This document shows, piece by piece, positions 1 through 11,990 of a stretch of DNA of 64,000 nt. The notes beneath the pieces are model-generated. The model worked only from the letters and a program-made list of their open reading frames with translations, did not search any database and had not been told where the DNA came from. The position numbers were made by a program, and so were the translations under genes. Origin of the DNA: Mobula hypostoma (lineage: Eukaryota); contig NC_086118.1 of NCBI RefSeq assembly GCF_963921235.1, positions 29,452,001 to 29,516,000 of the forward strand, written 5' to 3'. Position 1 is the first letter of the stretch, and the number at the start of each line of letters is the position of its first letter.

Positions 1-1218
1 TTTCCTTTTCCCGTCTCCTTCTTTGGGGCAAAGCACCTGGACGCAAAGCGTCCGACTTTCCCGCAATTATAACAGATGACCCCAGGAGACTTCCTACCAG
101 ACTGCTCCCGGTCTACTTTATCCTTCTCACTTGTCCCCGGCTTACTTTCTGACTTTTCTGGTGGACTCTCCCCACCGTCCTGACTACTCTTCTGGTAGCC
201 CTTACTCGGGGCAAACTTCATTTTATGCGTCAATGCATACTCATCCGCTAACTTAGCAGTTGCGGCTAACGTGGCTGCCTCTTTCTCATCTAGGTAGGGT
301 CTCATACCCTCAGGGACACAACCTTTAAACTGCTCAATCAGGATCAACTGTAGCAGTCTGTCATAATCCCCCTCTATCCCCTTCGAGGCGCACCAACGCT
401 CACAATATGTCTGCATCTCACGGGCAAACTCCAAATACATGCGGTCCCACTGCTTCCTCGCATTCCGGAACCTCTGCCAGTATGCCTCCGGGACCAACTC
501 ATAAATCCTGAGGATGGCCTCTTTCACCACCTCATACCTCTGGGCATCTTCGGCGGACAAAGCTGGGTAAGCTTGTTGGGCTTTCCCTTTCAGTACACTC
601 TGAAGTAAAACAACCCACTTATCCCTCGGCCAGTCCTGACTTATAGCCACTTTTTCAAAATGGAGAAAGTACCGATCCGCGTCGGTATCGTCAAATGGGG
701 GAACCAGCCTAACCTCCTGGGTCATCCAGAACCCTCCACCTTGGTTCGGCATGAGCCCCTGCTCGGCCCTTATCTTTAACTTCTCCAGCTCGAATTCCCT
801 TTCCCTCTGTTTCTCCTCTCACTCCAGCTGTCTCTCTCTCTCTCTCTCTCTCTTGCCTTTCTAACTCTCTCTCTTTCTCCCGCCTTTCTAACTCTCTCTC
901 TTTCTCCTGCCTTTCTAACTGCTTCTCTTCGTGTTCTAACTGCCGCACCCGGAACTCGTGCTCGAGTCTCAGTTTTTCAAGCTGCACCTGTACTGCGTCT
1001 CCAGCAGGTTTTTCAATAGACACCACCTCTAGCTCGCCTCGGGGAAACACACCTTTAGATACATAGTGCTCTACGATAGCTCTGTGTATCTCCTCTCTCC
1101 TCATTGTCGACTTCCCCTTAGCAAGATTCAACCGTTTGGCCACAGCTACCAATTCCAATTTCCTGGCATCCCCTAATGCCTCCAAGGTTGGCGCCTTTAT
1201 AATTTCCTCAGCCTCCAT
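1..1218 (-). pseudogene. Disrupted gag of a Gmr1-like Gypsy LTR retrotransposon (coiled coil, SCAN-like capsid domain, zinc knuckle); continues beyond the window start
   Basis: ORF from ATG 1218. After a frameshift in the (TC)n run near 831-852 and a TGA at 821-819, the other frame reads LVPPFDDTDADRYFLHFEKVA...WPRDKWVVLLQSVLKGKAQQAY...YELVPEAYWQRFRN...LILIEQFKGCVPEGMRPYLDEKE...CYNCGKVGRFASRC (knuckle His>Arg). Confidence 0.9.
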
Positions 1219-1294
1219 TTCTGCCGTTTGTCTTTTCTTTCTTTCAGGAATTTTGACCCAATCAATTTACTCCGTCCCAAATTTAGTGTTCAAA

Positions 1295-1313
1295 ATCCCG
1301 GACGAGAACCCCA
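1295..1313 (-). promoter_or_regulatory. Primer binding site, tRNA-Pro-like
   Basis: Minus strand TGGGGTTCTCGTCCGGGAT, 4 nt after the LTR end TGTAACA; close to the tRNA-Pro PBS TGGGGGCTCGTCCGGGAT. Confidence 0.8.
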
Positions 1314-1317
1314 CTTA

Positions 1318-2187
1318 TGTTACATACCCCGTAACTGGGTTGCCAAACCAGCAGAAATGGATCACTCAGTTGGAGTCTGGATTACTAGAACTAAGAAAGT
1401 TTTATTAAAGAAAAAGCAACACAGTACTCTAATCAAAAGGATAATGAATGCAACAGTTCAGCAATGATAAACATACATGTACACAGAATTAAGATAACAG
1501 GATCAATCAAGCTCTATCGTTGTCTAGGGGTAAATGACCAGTTTCAAAGTGATACAAAGTTTAGTTCAATTTAGTTCAGTTCAGTTCACAGTAATCGCTG
1601 CCGTGGCGATGGACAATGGGGGGAAGGAGAGAGAGAGCAAAAACGAATGAATATTCAAGGCTTCCAGACAGACCTTCGCAGTCAGCTTTCAGGGGAGTCC
1701 TTTGTGATGTCATCTGAGGTCACCGACCATGACCCCTCCGTTTCCAGATACGATCGTTTCCCCGCGCTGAACCTGGCACCCAGGCAAGGGTGGACACACA
1801 CCAGGTTCCCGCCGATCATGCCTTTCCACCCTGTGCGTTTATGGCCCGGTACTTCCCACCGACTTGTGAGAGACGCACCGCTTCCAGGGTCTTGTTACCT
1901 CGGGTGTCGTGTGTGTGCTGCCTTAGCAAATCTGTCCCTTTTTATCCCCCTGCTGGGGTATCACCTGTCCATCACTTCAAACAGTTCAGGGTTCAAAGGG
2001 GGAGCCGCTCTTGTCAGCTCTCTCCTTCTGTTACTCTCTCTCCCGTCCCTTCATTAACATTTCCAAATGCTGCCTCATTGTTTTCCTTATCTCTCTCTCT
2101 CCTGAAGACAGGTGGCAGGCCAACTGCTGATTCCACTGGTGCCAGCCCAGGCCAGCTATATCTTAATCTATGTGTATTCTTGTCACA
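1318..2187 (-). mobile_element. 5' LTR (~870 bp) of the Gypsy element
   Basis: Inverted termini TGTTACA (1318) and TGTCACA (2181-2187); minus-strand AATAAA at 1401-1406; directly followed by PBS and gag. Confidence 0.85.
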
Positions 2188-2616
2188 TGCCTGAGACCGG
2201 CTCCCTAGTCCCGAGTGGAAGTAGTAGTAGTAACCTATAAAGCAAAAATTTCACTGGAGGACCGTTACAGTTTAACCAATGCAGGTTAGAACGTGAATCT
2301 TAGAAAATTTCAAGCCATTTATCTACCACAATTACAAGTCTTTTTTTAATCATAATTATCTCCGGATACTTCATATCCAGAGAGCGTTTTGACCATTAAG
2401 CTGTTGAAGCTGTTATCTGATAATGGATAGGATATTGGGGATCTGAGTTAACAGAATTTGCACTCTGATATCTTACTGACCAAGAGATAAAAGGGATGAA
2501 TTAAAGTGGGAGTCAGGTATGAAAAGCCAAATAGATTGCTGCAGGAAATGTGGCTGGGGAAAGTGGGAGACAAAAGGGTAAGAAGGATAAAAAGGTTTTT
2601 GTTTAATGTGACTCTC

Positions 2617-2825
2617 ACAAAATGGTGGAGGAACTTAAATGGTTAAACAGCATTTACAGATGGAAAGACACAGTTGCCGTTTTGAGCCATGACTCCATCA
2701 ATATCCTGGTGAAGTGTCTCAGCCCAAAACGTCAACTGGTATTTCCCTCCATGGTCTGCAGAGTTCCTCAAACTTTCTATGTGTGTTGTTTCACATTTCC
2801 AACATCTGTAGAATCTCTTGTGTCT
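2617..2825. mobile_element. Degenerate short fold-back Penelope-derived element
   Basis: cacaaaatggtggaggaac... left arm and ...ctggtgaagtgtctcagcccaaaacgtcaactg...gagttcctc...catctgtagaatctcttgtgt right arm; same layout as 19761-19979 but diverged. Confidence 0.7.
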
Positions 2826-3609
2826 CTTAAGTTCAATGTTAAATTTCCATGTGTAAGGGTGAATTGACTATAATGCTGTTAAAGATGTACTGGTTCCAAG
2901 TAACTTCGGCACATTTACTTAGTGCGTACTGTGCAAATACAATAACGTTATTCATTTCAGGGTGATGGTGTGCAAACAACCAGTATACATCATTAGATTC
3001 ACTGTCAAGAAGTACATAAGCAGGATGATTGGAAAATAGTATTTGAAGTAAATTAATGCACAATATATTAGTGGCTCTTCTTAAACATGCTCACAATTTA
3101 CATTCAAAAGCAGTGTCTTGCATGTTAAGCAAATGATGAATAATTAGCAAACACCTTGACTATCTGCAGCAGAATATATTAGCACCATTATGTTCCCATT
3201 TACCTTCCAACTGACTTGACTGGGATTCAAATGGAGCAATTTACCTGGAGGCCTGATGTGGGCTGGTGTATTTCCATGGCAAGTATATCTATCCATCATC
3301 TCCTGACCAAAACTTTTCAGAGATTGCTAAATATCAAAACTCTGTTCATGAAGAGAACATTTTTTCTTTCATTATGTAACTCAAGAGGATTGCCATATAA
3401 ACTAGATTGTTTAAAAGAAGCATTGCACACTTACTATTTTATGCCACCATTGCCCTTCCATCACAAATTCAACCAATTTGATTGCATTCTTCCTGGGACC
3501 CAGATTCTGCAGGAACTTAACTCCATTGGTTAACACACTGCTCTCTTTTATTTGAGACCATTCAACAGCTTTGAAAATATTTTTTAAAAAACCTATAACA
3601 CTCTGTAGC

Positions 3610-3985
3610 GAGTGAGGATGAGAGGTGACCTGATGGAGGTGTATAAGATGATGAGGGACATTGATCGTGTGGATAGTCAGAGGCTTTTTCCCAGGGCAGA
3701 AATGACTAACACGAGAGGGCACAGTTTTAAGGTGCTTGGAAGTAGGTACAGAGGAGATGTCAGACGCAAGCTTCTTTATGCAGAGAGTGGTGAGTATGTG
3801 GAATGGGCTGCTGGCGGCGGTGGTGGAGACGGATACAATAGGGTCTTTTAAGAGACTGTTGGATAGGTACATGGAACTTAGAAAAATAGAGGGCTATGGT
3901 AATTTCTAAAGTAAAGACATGTTTGGCACAGCATTGTGGGCTGAAGGGCCTGTATTGTGGTGTAGGTTTTCTATGTTCTATGCTC
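3610..3985 (+). mobile_element. CR1 LINE 3' fragment
   Basis: RMRGDLMEVYKMMRDIDRVDSQRLFPR...TRGHSFKV C-terminal CR1 motif; 3' tail gggctgaagggcctgtattg...ttctatgttctat. Confidence 0.9.
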
Positions 3986-4144
3986 TATTAATTGGCACTC
4001 AGCTTGCAAATTCACATACTGAGTGAAGGACTGAACTGATGGACTGTTTGTTCTATCAAATGCTCCTTCTTCAGGTAGATTAAAGAGGATTTTAATCTTT
4101 TGGACTTTTTTAATTACTAACAACACAAGAAATTGTTACAAATA

Positions 4145-4450
4145 GACTCTTCTCAGGCTTCCAGTCGGGTACAGGTATCAATTTTAATCAATGTTTCGAT
4201 GACAAACTCTGCCATCTTCATCAGAGGTGATGCCTAGACATGCCTAGTCCAGTGGTATTTATACCCCGGTTGTCCGTCCCTCCTGATTGGGCAGTCCTCA
4301 TCCACCAGACTAGATACGTGCAGACATCATCCCTGATGAAGATGACAGAGTTTGTCATCAAAATGTTGGCTAAAATAGATACCAGTTCCCGGTTGGAAGC
4401 TCAAAAAGATTAATTTGTCATATATGCTGGGAAAGCACTGGATCCCCTTT
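4145..4450. mobile_element. Penelope-like pLTR inverted pair (second PLE family)
   Basis: ~110-bp imperfect inverted arms (4150-4255 vs 4302-4410), each with a CTGATGA-stem-GAAAC motif; spacer has minus-strand CCAAT and TATAAATA. Confidence 0.8.
4175..4234 (-). ncRNA. Type I hammerhead ribozyme-like motif
   Basis: Minus strand GGCAUCACCU-CUGAUGA-A-GAUGGCA-GAGUU-UGUCAUC-GAAACAUU-GAUUAAAAUUGAUACC: core boxes intact, 7-bp stem II, weak bulged stem I. Confidence 0.55.
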
Positions 4451-6284
4451 CACAAAAAAATGTTGTTATCAGTTTTCTAATTGCAAAAAAATTCCTAGTC
4501 TATGTACTTCTGTGGACAATGAAAATGTCAGCTGAGAAACGGAACACATAGGACCTTTTATTTGTATCCAATTATGCATTCTGTTGTGAAGACCCCCTTT
4601 TAAATGTAGATAATATTAGCAAAGCTTTTGGTAATTAGAAGGACACATAAGACTACGGATGCTGGATGAACACGGGGTGGGGGGGGGGGGAGTTGTCAAT
4701 ATTCCCGATGAAAATCTTGCATGAGGATCCTGTAGTAAATTATGTATTGGTTTTGGTAAACACATTGATTTATAGAACAGCTTTAAGAACAATATGCTAC
4801 CTTTCACATACAGCGTCCATATCCTAAATTCCCTTAAAATAATTTGAAATTTGTTTGTTAAATGATAAAGGAAAATGAAACAATTAAAAATTGAAGCTGT
4901 TTTGAGGTTAGAACTTTTGTTTTTGGGGTATAGATTACATCCTGACTTCACATTTTGTTTTTTCCATTTCTTTGAAGTAGCACTTCCACAAAAGCTGGAC
5001 TTCTGACTAAAATGGATCAGTAATTCAAACTATGATTCAAGAGGTAATTCAAACGTCCAGTCCTCCAGGGAGAAACCAGTGCCAAATTGTTTACTGTTTT
5101 GCTTTTATTCATTTACAGGTTGTAGATAATATTGGCAAAGCTAGATTTTACTGCACTCCCCTAATTGCCCCGGAGAGGATCGTAATGAGCAACTCTGTTG
5201 AATCTCAGGTGAAGGAACTCCTAAGTGCTTGAGGAATGGACCTCCAGGACTTTGTTCCAGCAATAACAAGGGAAAAGCAATATACTGTACTTACGATTCA
5301 GTTTGACTTGAATAAGAGCCTATAGGTTATGCTGTCTATCTTACAGCTGAGGGTGAAACTTTGTGAAAAATAAAGAGCAATGTTTCATTACAAATTTTAA
5401 TCGTATTTAGAATAATAATTAGGTTCTTATATATTCCTTGAAAATTTCTTATAGTATTGTATCCAAACTATATTGTTGCTATAATATATATTGCTATATT
5501 ATGCTAATGTTTCTTAAGAATAACCAATCATCAATCAGAAATCTCAGCCCTCTACCTGTGAACCTAAGTCCAAATAGTTTGTTGTGTATCTATAAGCATT
5601 TGCTATTCTTTCAGGAAAGTTTACTCTTTTAATTACTCATTCCAATAAATCTATTTGAACAATTATTATTGTTTGTGAAAGCCAGCCCTTGCCAGCAAGA
5701 GACATTGCCCTCCATTTGATTCTCCATCTTCTGTTGCAACACAAGTAAGTTCATTTCCTCTATTATAGGACCTCTGAAGGATTAAATCATGCAGCTGATC
5801 AGAAATTTGGAGTCCTGGTAAAGGAAAAGGTAAATTCAAAGATTACAACACAGTGAACAATGATTAAAACTTTCAGCCATTAATTCAGCCATAGATGATT
5901 AAAACTCTCAGCTATGTATCTCAACCTTGTGAGAAAATGTAGGCAAAGGCATCATCACTCTTTCTGCACCCAATTGTAACAATTTACTTTACAGTGGGAG
6001 ATTGTACAGCTCATTGTGTTTATGTAGGTCAGCAAAAGTGAGCTGCTTAGGTCAGGGAGTCCAGATGCAGTAAATTGCAGACTTGTTTGCTTAACATCTG
6101 TCATTGTAAACATTAGAAGCTATTATTAAAGACATCATTGCAGGTCACCTAGAAAAATTCAAGGTAATCAATCAAAGTGGACATAGTGAACAAGGGGAAA
6201 TCATATTTGAGCAATTCTTTGGAAAAATACCATGTAGTGTGGGTAAAGGAGATCAGATGGAAATGATTAGATACTATATCAAAA

Positions 6285-7400
6285 GGTAACACAGATGTCT
6301 GTAGGAAACAGAACACAGAAGACATGAGAGACATAAGAGACTTTAGATGCCAGAAAGGACTGCTGGAGGAACCCATTTGGTCAGAATGCATTTGTGAGGG
6401 AAATGGACACTCTAGGTTTTGGATTGACACCCTTTACCTGGACTGAAAGAGTAGTGGGAAGATAGACAGTATGAAGAGGTGAGGAGAACAGGGAGGGAGG
6501 TGAGGGAATAGGAACACAGAAAACGGCAAGCGGCCTACAGCGGATAGTAAAAACCACTGACAAAATCACCAGGGTCTCCCTCCCCCTGTTTGTGACATTT
6601 TACTGCGGACATTGTATATGAAAGACCAAAAGTATTGTTAAGGTTCCTGACCACATTCTCTTTGATCCACTACCATCAGGAATAAGCTACAGGAGCATCA
6701 GGACTAGTACTGCCAGACTGGGTGATAGCTTCTTCCCTCAGACAGTAAGACTAATGAATATACCCTGCCATCACTAGGACAGCGAGCTGTTTACTGTTTA
6801 CCCGTGCTGTATACAACATGCACTTTGAATTATATTTTATTAATTTATTTGTGGTAATATTTTATTTTATGTGCTGTATAATATCTGTTTTATGGGTGCA
6901 CCGTGATCTGGAGGAACGTTGCTTTGTTTGGTTGTATATATACATATACAGTCAGATGTGAGGTAAATCCAGCTGAGGAGGGGTTGATTGGAAGATGTAG
7001 TCAGGTGAGAGAGCGACAGACAGAAGCTGGGTAGTGGTAGGTGGAGACAACAAAGGACACCAGATTATGGAATTTGATGAGAAAGGAAGTGTAGAGGAAC
7101 CAAATAAGGGAGGTGGGGTGGCAGGTGGAAACAGTGTGGGGGGGAGGAAACTTGGTGGATGTGTGTTTAGGCAGAGGGGGTGGTGGATGAACCAGGGGGT
7201 GGGGGGGTGGTTGGAAAGAAGGGTGTTTGTGAGAGCACCTGGGATATAGGGACAGAGGGAGAGCAAGTTACCTGAAATTGGACATTTCTATGTTCATGCC
7301 ATCAGGTTGTAGACTAGCCAGGCAGAATATGAGGTGCCTTTCATCTGGTTTGCATTTGGCTCCACCCTGGGAGTGAACAAAGCTGAGGATAGACATGTTA
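6285..7400 (-). mobile_element. Penelope-like element 3' region, interrupted by a Rex1 fragment (~6525-6950, + strand)
   Basis: 7270-7400 matches the GIY-YIG C-terminus seen at 13131-13337 (atgttcatgccatcaggttg); purine-rich spacer; degraded terminal motif near 6340-6450. Insert has a Rex1-type 3' end (agcttcttccctcagacagtaagacta). Confidence 0.7.
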
Positions 7401-7569
7401 CCAGCCTTGCTGTCTCCAGGATCCTATAAGTATGTCCTCCAAGATACCTCTTTTCTCCTAATTGCTGCATTTCATATCAATCATCATACTGTGTTTCTCA
7501 AGATACACCACCTTGCACTTCTCTAGAGTGAATTTTATCTCATTTTTACCTACCTAATCAGTCCAATCA

Positions 7570-8095
7570 CATAAGACCATAAGACCATAAGACAAAGGAG
7601 CAGAAGTCGGCCATTCAGCCCATTGAGTCTGCTCTGCCATTTAATCATGAGCTGATCCATTCTCACATTTAGTCCCACTCCCCTGCCTTCTCACCATACC
7701 CTTTGATGCCCTAGCTACTCAGATACCTATCAATCTCTGCCTTAAATACACCAAACGACTTGGCCTCCACTGCCGCCCATGGCAACAAATTCCATAGATT
7801 CACCACCCTCTGGCTAAAATAATTTCTTTGCATCTCTGTTCTGAATGGGCGCCCTTCAATCCTTAAGTCATGCCCTCTTGTACTAGACTCCTCCATCATG
7901 GGAAACAACTTTGCCACATCCACTCTGTCCATGCCTTTCAACATTTGAAATGTTTCTATGAGGTCTCTCCTCATTCTTCTAAACTCCAAGGAATACAGTC
8001 CAATGTCATCTTGGATGATATCTTGCATCATCCAATAACATTCTTCCTCACTATTAATAACACTACCAATTTTGGAATCATCTGCAAACATTTTT
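7570..8095 (-). mobile_element. CR1 LINE 3' fragments
   Basis: FADDSKIG RT motif joined to GLYSLEFRRMRRDLIETF...TRGH...FSQRVVNLWNLLP; (cttatggt)n tail. Confidence 0.9.
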
Positions 8096-8924
8096 AATTA
8101 TTACTTCACTTTTAAGTTTAATTCTATGATTTAACTACTAACTTCTCAGTATGACACATTTACAATTTTCATCCAATTAGGTATGAGAGTTAATTATAGA
8201 AAGAAATTATCATAACAATAATAACATCTGTTCTCACAGTAGAGGGTAATAGCAGTGACGGCTGAGGAAAATTAAAAACATGCAAATGACACAAGTCTTC
8301 TCTATATTTCAGAATGACGACTACATTACTTAAACCAATGGCAAAATTTATTTTATTAGAATGCAAAATAAATCTTTTGCCACAAGAGCTTTTTTAGCCT
8401 TAGTTAAGGATGATGCTTAATTAATTGTGCATTGGACTGGAGATCAAGAAGGAAGGAGATTCAAGCCTTCTGATGCACCATTTGACTTTTTGCAACTGAG
8501 AACGAAGGACAAACACCAAAATAGTTTCTATCACACATGCCACTCCAAACTTGTGTCTGTGGTGAAGAACTTAAATTGGAGTGACAGATATGCAATCTCT
8601 TATAGCCTGTCACCCAGATTAGTTTATTAAGATGATGTGTTGGAGGTGTTAGTGTGAGAGGGGAAAACCTGTCAGTTCTCATCGCTGCAAAGCTACTTAT
8701 CGTTCTGAGTTTTTACTGCTGCATGGTGCCAGTGTGCCAGCTAATGATAAGAGTAATTGGTTACGCTCAATGTGCCTTCAAAGGCAATAAGATTTTTAAC
8801 CCCACCGAATCCAGAGCTTGGAAAGTGTAATTGAAGTTAAGAAAATATATTCATAAACATTGTTAAGTTCGACTCCCTAAGGACTGCATCACTGTCGACA
8901 GCTTTAATATTGATTGGAAATACT

Positions 8925-9250
8925 GGAAAAGGATATCCAATGTTGTTGATTGTTTATTTGTCACATGTACATCGAAACATTGAAACGTCCAGTGAGTTGT
9001 GTCGTTTTGCATCAAATCAGATCAAATCGGTGCGAATTGTGCCGGGGGCAGCCTGCAAGTGCCACCCTGCTTCCAGTGCCAACGTAGGAAGCCTACAGCT
9101 CACTAACTCTAGCCATACATCTTTGGAGTGTGGGAGGACACCAGAGCACCCAGAGGAAAGGCAAGTGGTCATGGGATAGACACACAAACGCCTTGCAGAA
9201 TGTGCAGACACTGGCACTGCAAAGAGATTGCACTAGCTGCTAGGCTACTG
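8925..9250 (-). mobile_element. V-SINE/HE1-like SINE, degraded
   Basis: catctttggagtgtgggaggacaccagagcacccagaggaaa resembles the reverse complement of the V-domain core; LINE-like tail at 8950-9020. Confidence 0.6.
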
Positions 9251-9499
9251 CAGATAACATTGCAGGAAATTCCAGAAATTAACTCCTTCTCTACCAAGCT
9301 GATTCTTTCCTTATTTCTATTTGATCCACTATTGACAGGCAGACTGTCCTGTCAGTTGTGTAGCACTAAGGTTGGTGCTGTTTAAGTAAGTTGTTGCGTA
9401 ATAATCTTAATCCCAAAGGAAGGAGTTTGTAGATTGTCAATGAGATGGCTTTCTAGAGCAGCTTGTGTCTGAGCCCATGAGGGAAAAGAATAGTCAAAA

Positions 9500-10016
9500 G
9501 CGGGGAATGAAGAGTAATGTAGTGGTAATTGGGGATAGTATAGTCAGGAGAATAGATACAATCCTCTGTCTCAAGGACCGAGAGTCCCAAAGGCTGAGTT
9601 GTCTGCCTGGAGTTCAGGGTTCAGGATATCTCATCTGACTTGCAGAGCAATTTGGAGTAGGAGGGGAAAGATCCATTTGTTGTGATCCATGTGGTTACCA
9701 TTAATGTAGGAAGAGCAAGGAAAGAGGTTCTGCTGAGGGAATTTGAGCAGCTAGGGACTAAATTAAAATTCAAACCAATAAAGTAATAACCTCTGGATTG
9801 TTACCTGAGCCACATGCAAACCGGCAGAGGGTTAATAGGATCAGTGAGTTCGATTCACGTCCTAGGGATTAGTGTGGGAGGATTAGTTTTGAATTGTGTG
9901 ACATTGGCGGCATCATTGGAGAAGGAAGAAGCTGTTCTAATGAAAAGGCTCCACCTTAATCACACCAGTGCCAGGAACCTGGCAAATTGCAAAACTAGAG
10001 CAGCGGATAGGGCTTT
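9500..10016 (+). mobile_element. CR1 ORF1 SGNH esterase fragment
   Basis: VVVIGDSIVR (GDS block), LPG, VVIHV.T.N, later RLHLN; similar to 16395-16900; contains stops. Confidence 0.8.
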
Positions 10017-10479
10017 GTCAATGTCATATTTTACATTTTTTTGGGTGATTATATGAATTAAAGATTGCCGAGAATAAACTGCACTAAAGGACAATTCCAG
10101 GGCCTAGATGAATAGGTACCAATTTAAAATAATTGATGCCTTCTGGGCCAATTTATCTTTCTCAATCTGCGGTACCCAGATAAATGGAGGTACTTCATAG
10201 AAGATGAGATTCACCAAGTGGGCGCCGCAGTGGTGTAGCAGTTAATGTAACACTACTACAGCTCAGGGTGTTGGAGTTCAGAGTTCAATTGTGAGGAGTC
10301 ATCTGTAAGTAGTCTATTATTAAAAATTATAAAATTATAAATAAATAGATAAGTGAGGCTATGGCCACTTTGTGAAGATAATGAAACAGAAACTCCATAC
10401 TAGTCAGAGAGTGAAATGTGGTTAAGGCACCTTAAGTAAGAACATAGCCTTATATACCAGTAAGAATGCCAAGGTGAAT

Positions 10480-10990
10480 TTAGAGTCAAACAGCATAGTT
10501 ATTCTAGAACATTTGGCCACCTTATCTATACCAACCATCAAGTACCTATCTCAATTAATCCTGTTTAACAGCATTTGGTCCATAGTCTATAGTCTACTAT
10601 GGTTTGGTAGTTCTAGTGCCAATCTAGGTGTCTTTAAATGTTTAAGTACCTGCCTTCACCACCTTCTCAGGAAAGATACTCCAAAGTTCCAACACGCTCG
10701 AACCGAAAACAGTCTTTCTTAAGTCCCCTTTGAACCTCTTACTTCTCATCTTAAACATGTACTCTCTGGACTTAGATACCTCTATCATGGGGAATAATTA
10801 TTATCCACAACTCCATGATTGAATATTCCTCTTTCAGATCTTCCCTCATTATACTCTGCTTCCGTCCATCCCATTTGTCCTTATAACTGAAATGTTCCAT
10901 CCTAGACAACACCTTTGTGATTCTCCTCAGCACCTTCTCTGGCACAGTTATGTCCTTCCACTAGTGTGGCAACCAAAACTACATCTCATG
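10480..10990 (-). mobile_element. Old CR1 LINE 3' fragment
   Basis: Degraded reverse complement of the CR1 3' region (gtcccctttgaacctc...gtgtggcaaccaaaactacat). Confidence 0.65.
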
Positions 10991-11017
10991 TTCTAGGTGG
11001 TTATTGCTTATTTATTT

Positions 11018-11500
11018 ATTTATTCCTATTATTTATTTATCTCCCTCTCCCTCTCTCCCTCTCTTTTCCTTTCTCCCTCTCTCCCTTCCCTCCCCCTGTC
11101 CTCCTCTCTCCTCTCCCACTCTCTCCCTCTCTCCTTCCCTCTCTCCTTTTCCCTCTCCCTCTCTCTCTCCTTTTCCTTCTCCCTCTCTCTCTCCTTTTCC
11201 CTCTGCCTCTCTCTCACTCTCTCCTTTTGTCCCTCTTACCCTCCCTCTCTCCCTCCTGACATTCTGTCCCTCTCTCTCCCTTCCTTCCTCTCTCTCACTC
11301 TCTCTTTTCCTTTCTCCCTCTCTCCCCCCTCTCTCCTCCTTTCCCCCTCTCTCTCTCCTTTTCTCTCTGTCTCTCTCTCTCTCTCTCCCCTCTCTCTCTC
11401 CCCTCTCTCTCTCGCTCCCTCCCTCTCTCTCCCCCTCTCTCCTTCCTCTCCCTCCCTCCCTCTCTCTTTCTCTCTCCCTCCCTTTGTCCCTCTCCTTCTC
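11018..11500. repeat. ~480-bp imperfect (CT)n/polypyrimidine tract preceded by (ATTT)n
   Basis: Nearly all C/T on the + strand; explains the S/L/P- and E/R/G-rich pseudo-ORFs. Confidence 0.95.
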
Positions 11501-11744
11501 AAAATGGTTGGAGTGTGTAGGATTAAGAGCATTTTCCAAATGGCAACACTGATTTATTGGTAGCAAAAACACTGTTTACCACTAAACGCTGCTGAGAACC
11601 CAAGGAACAGAGCAATTAAAGGTCAGCTCCATGAGAGTGAAGACAAACTATAATTATTTACATACAGTGCCGATGAGCAAAATGCATCCAAATCAAACCA
11701 CAATCATTCTGTTGGCAGGGCACAGTAAGTTATTCATTAGATTT

Positions 11745-11990
11745 TTTAGATTAGATTCAACTTTATTGTCATTGTGCCGAGTACAGATACAAAGCCAATG
11801 AAATGCATTTAGCATCTGACCAGAAATGCGAAGAATAGTGTTATTAACAAAATAACTGCGAATAAAAAGTAAGTGCTACAGCACACAAATATAAATGTAC
11901 TGAGACAGTACAATACGGATGCAATACTGCTTAACGCTGTGATGAGAGGTTCAGCAGGGTCACAGCCTCAGGGAAGAAGCTCTTCCTGTG
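11745..11990 (-). mobile_element. Rex1/Babar-type LINE 3' end
   Basis: (TTAGA)n tail, tttattgtca poly(A) region and gggaagaagctcttcctg motif typical of the Rex1 3' ends in this window. Confidence 0.65.

Noticed and set aside
4675..4690. G-run as a G-quadruplex element
   Set aside because: A simple homopolymer with no supporting context.
10966..11572. Overlapping long ORFs rich in S/L/P or E/R/G
   Set aside because: They are translations of the CT/GA low-complexity tract, which lacks stop codons.
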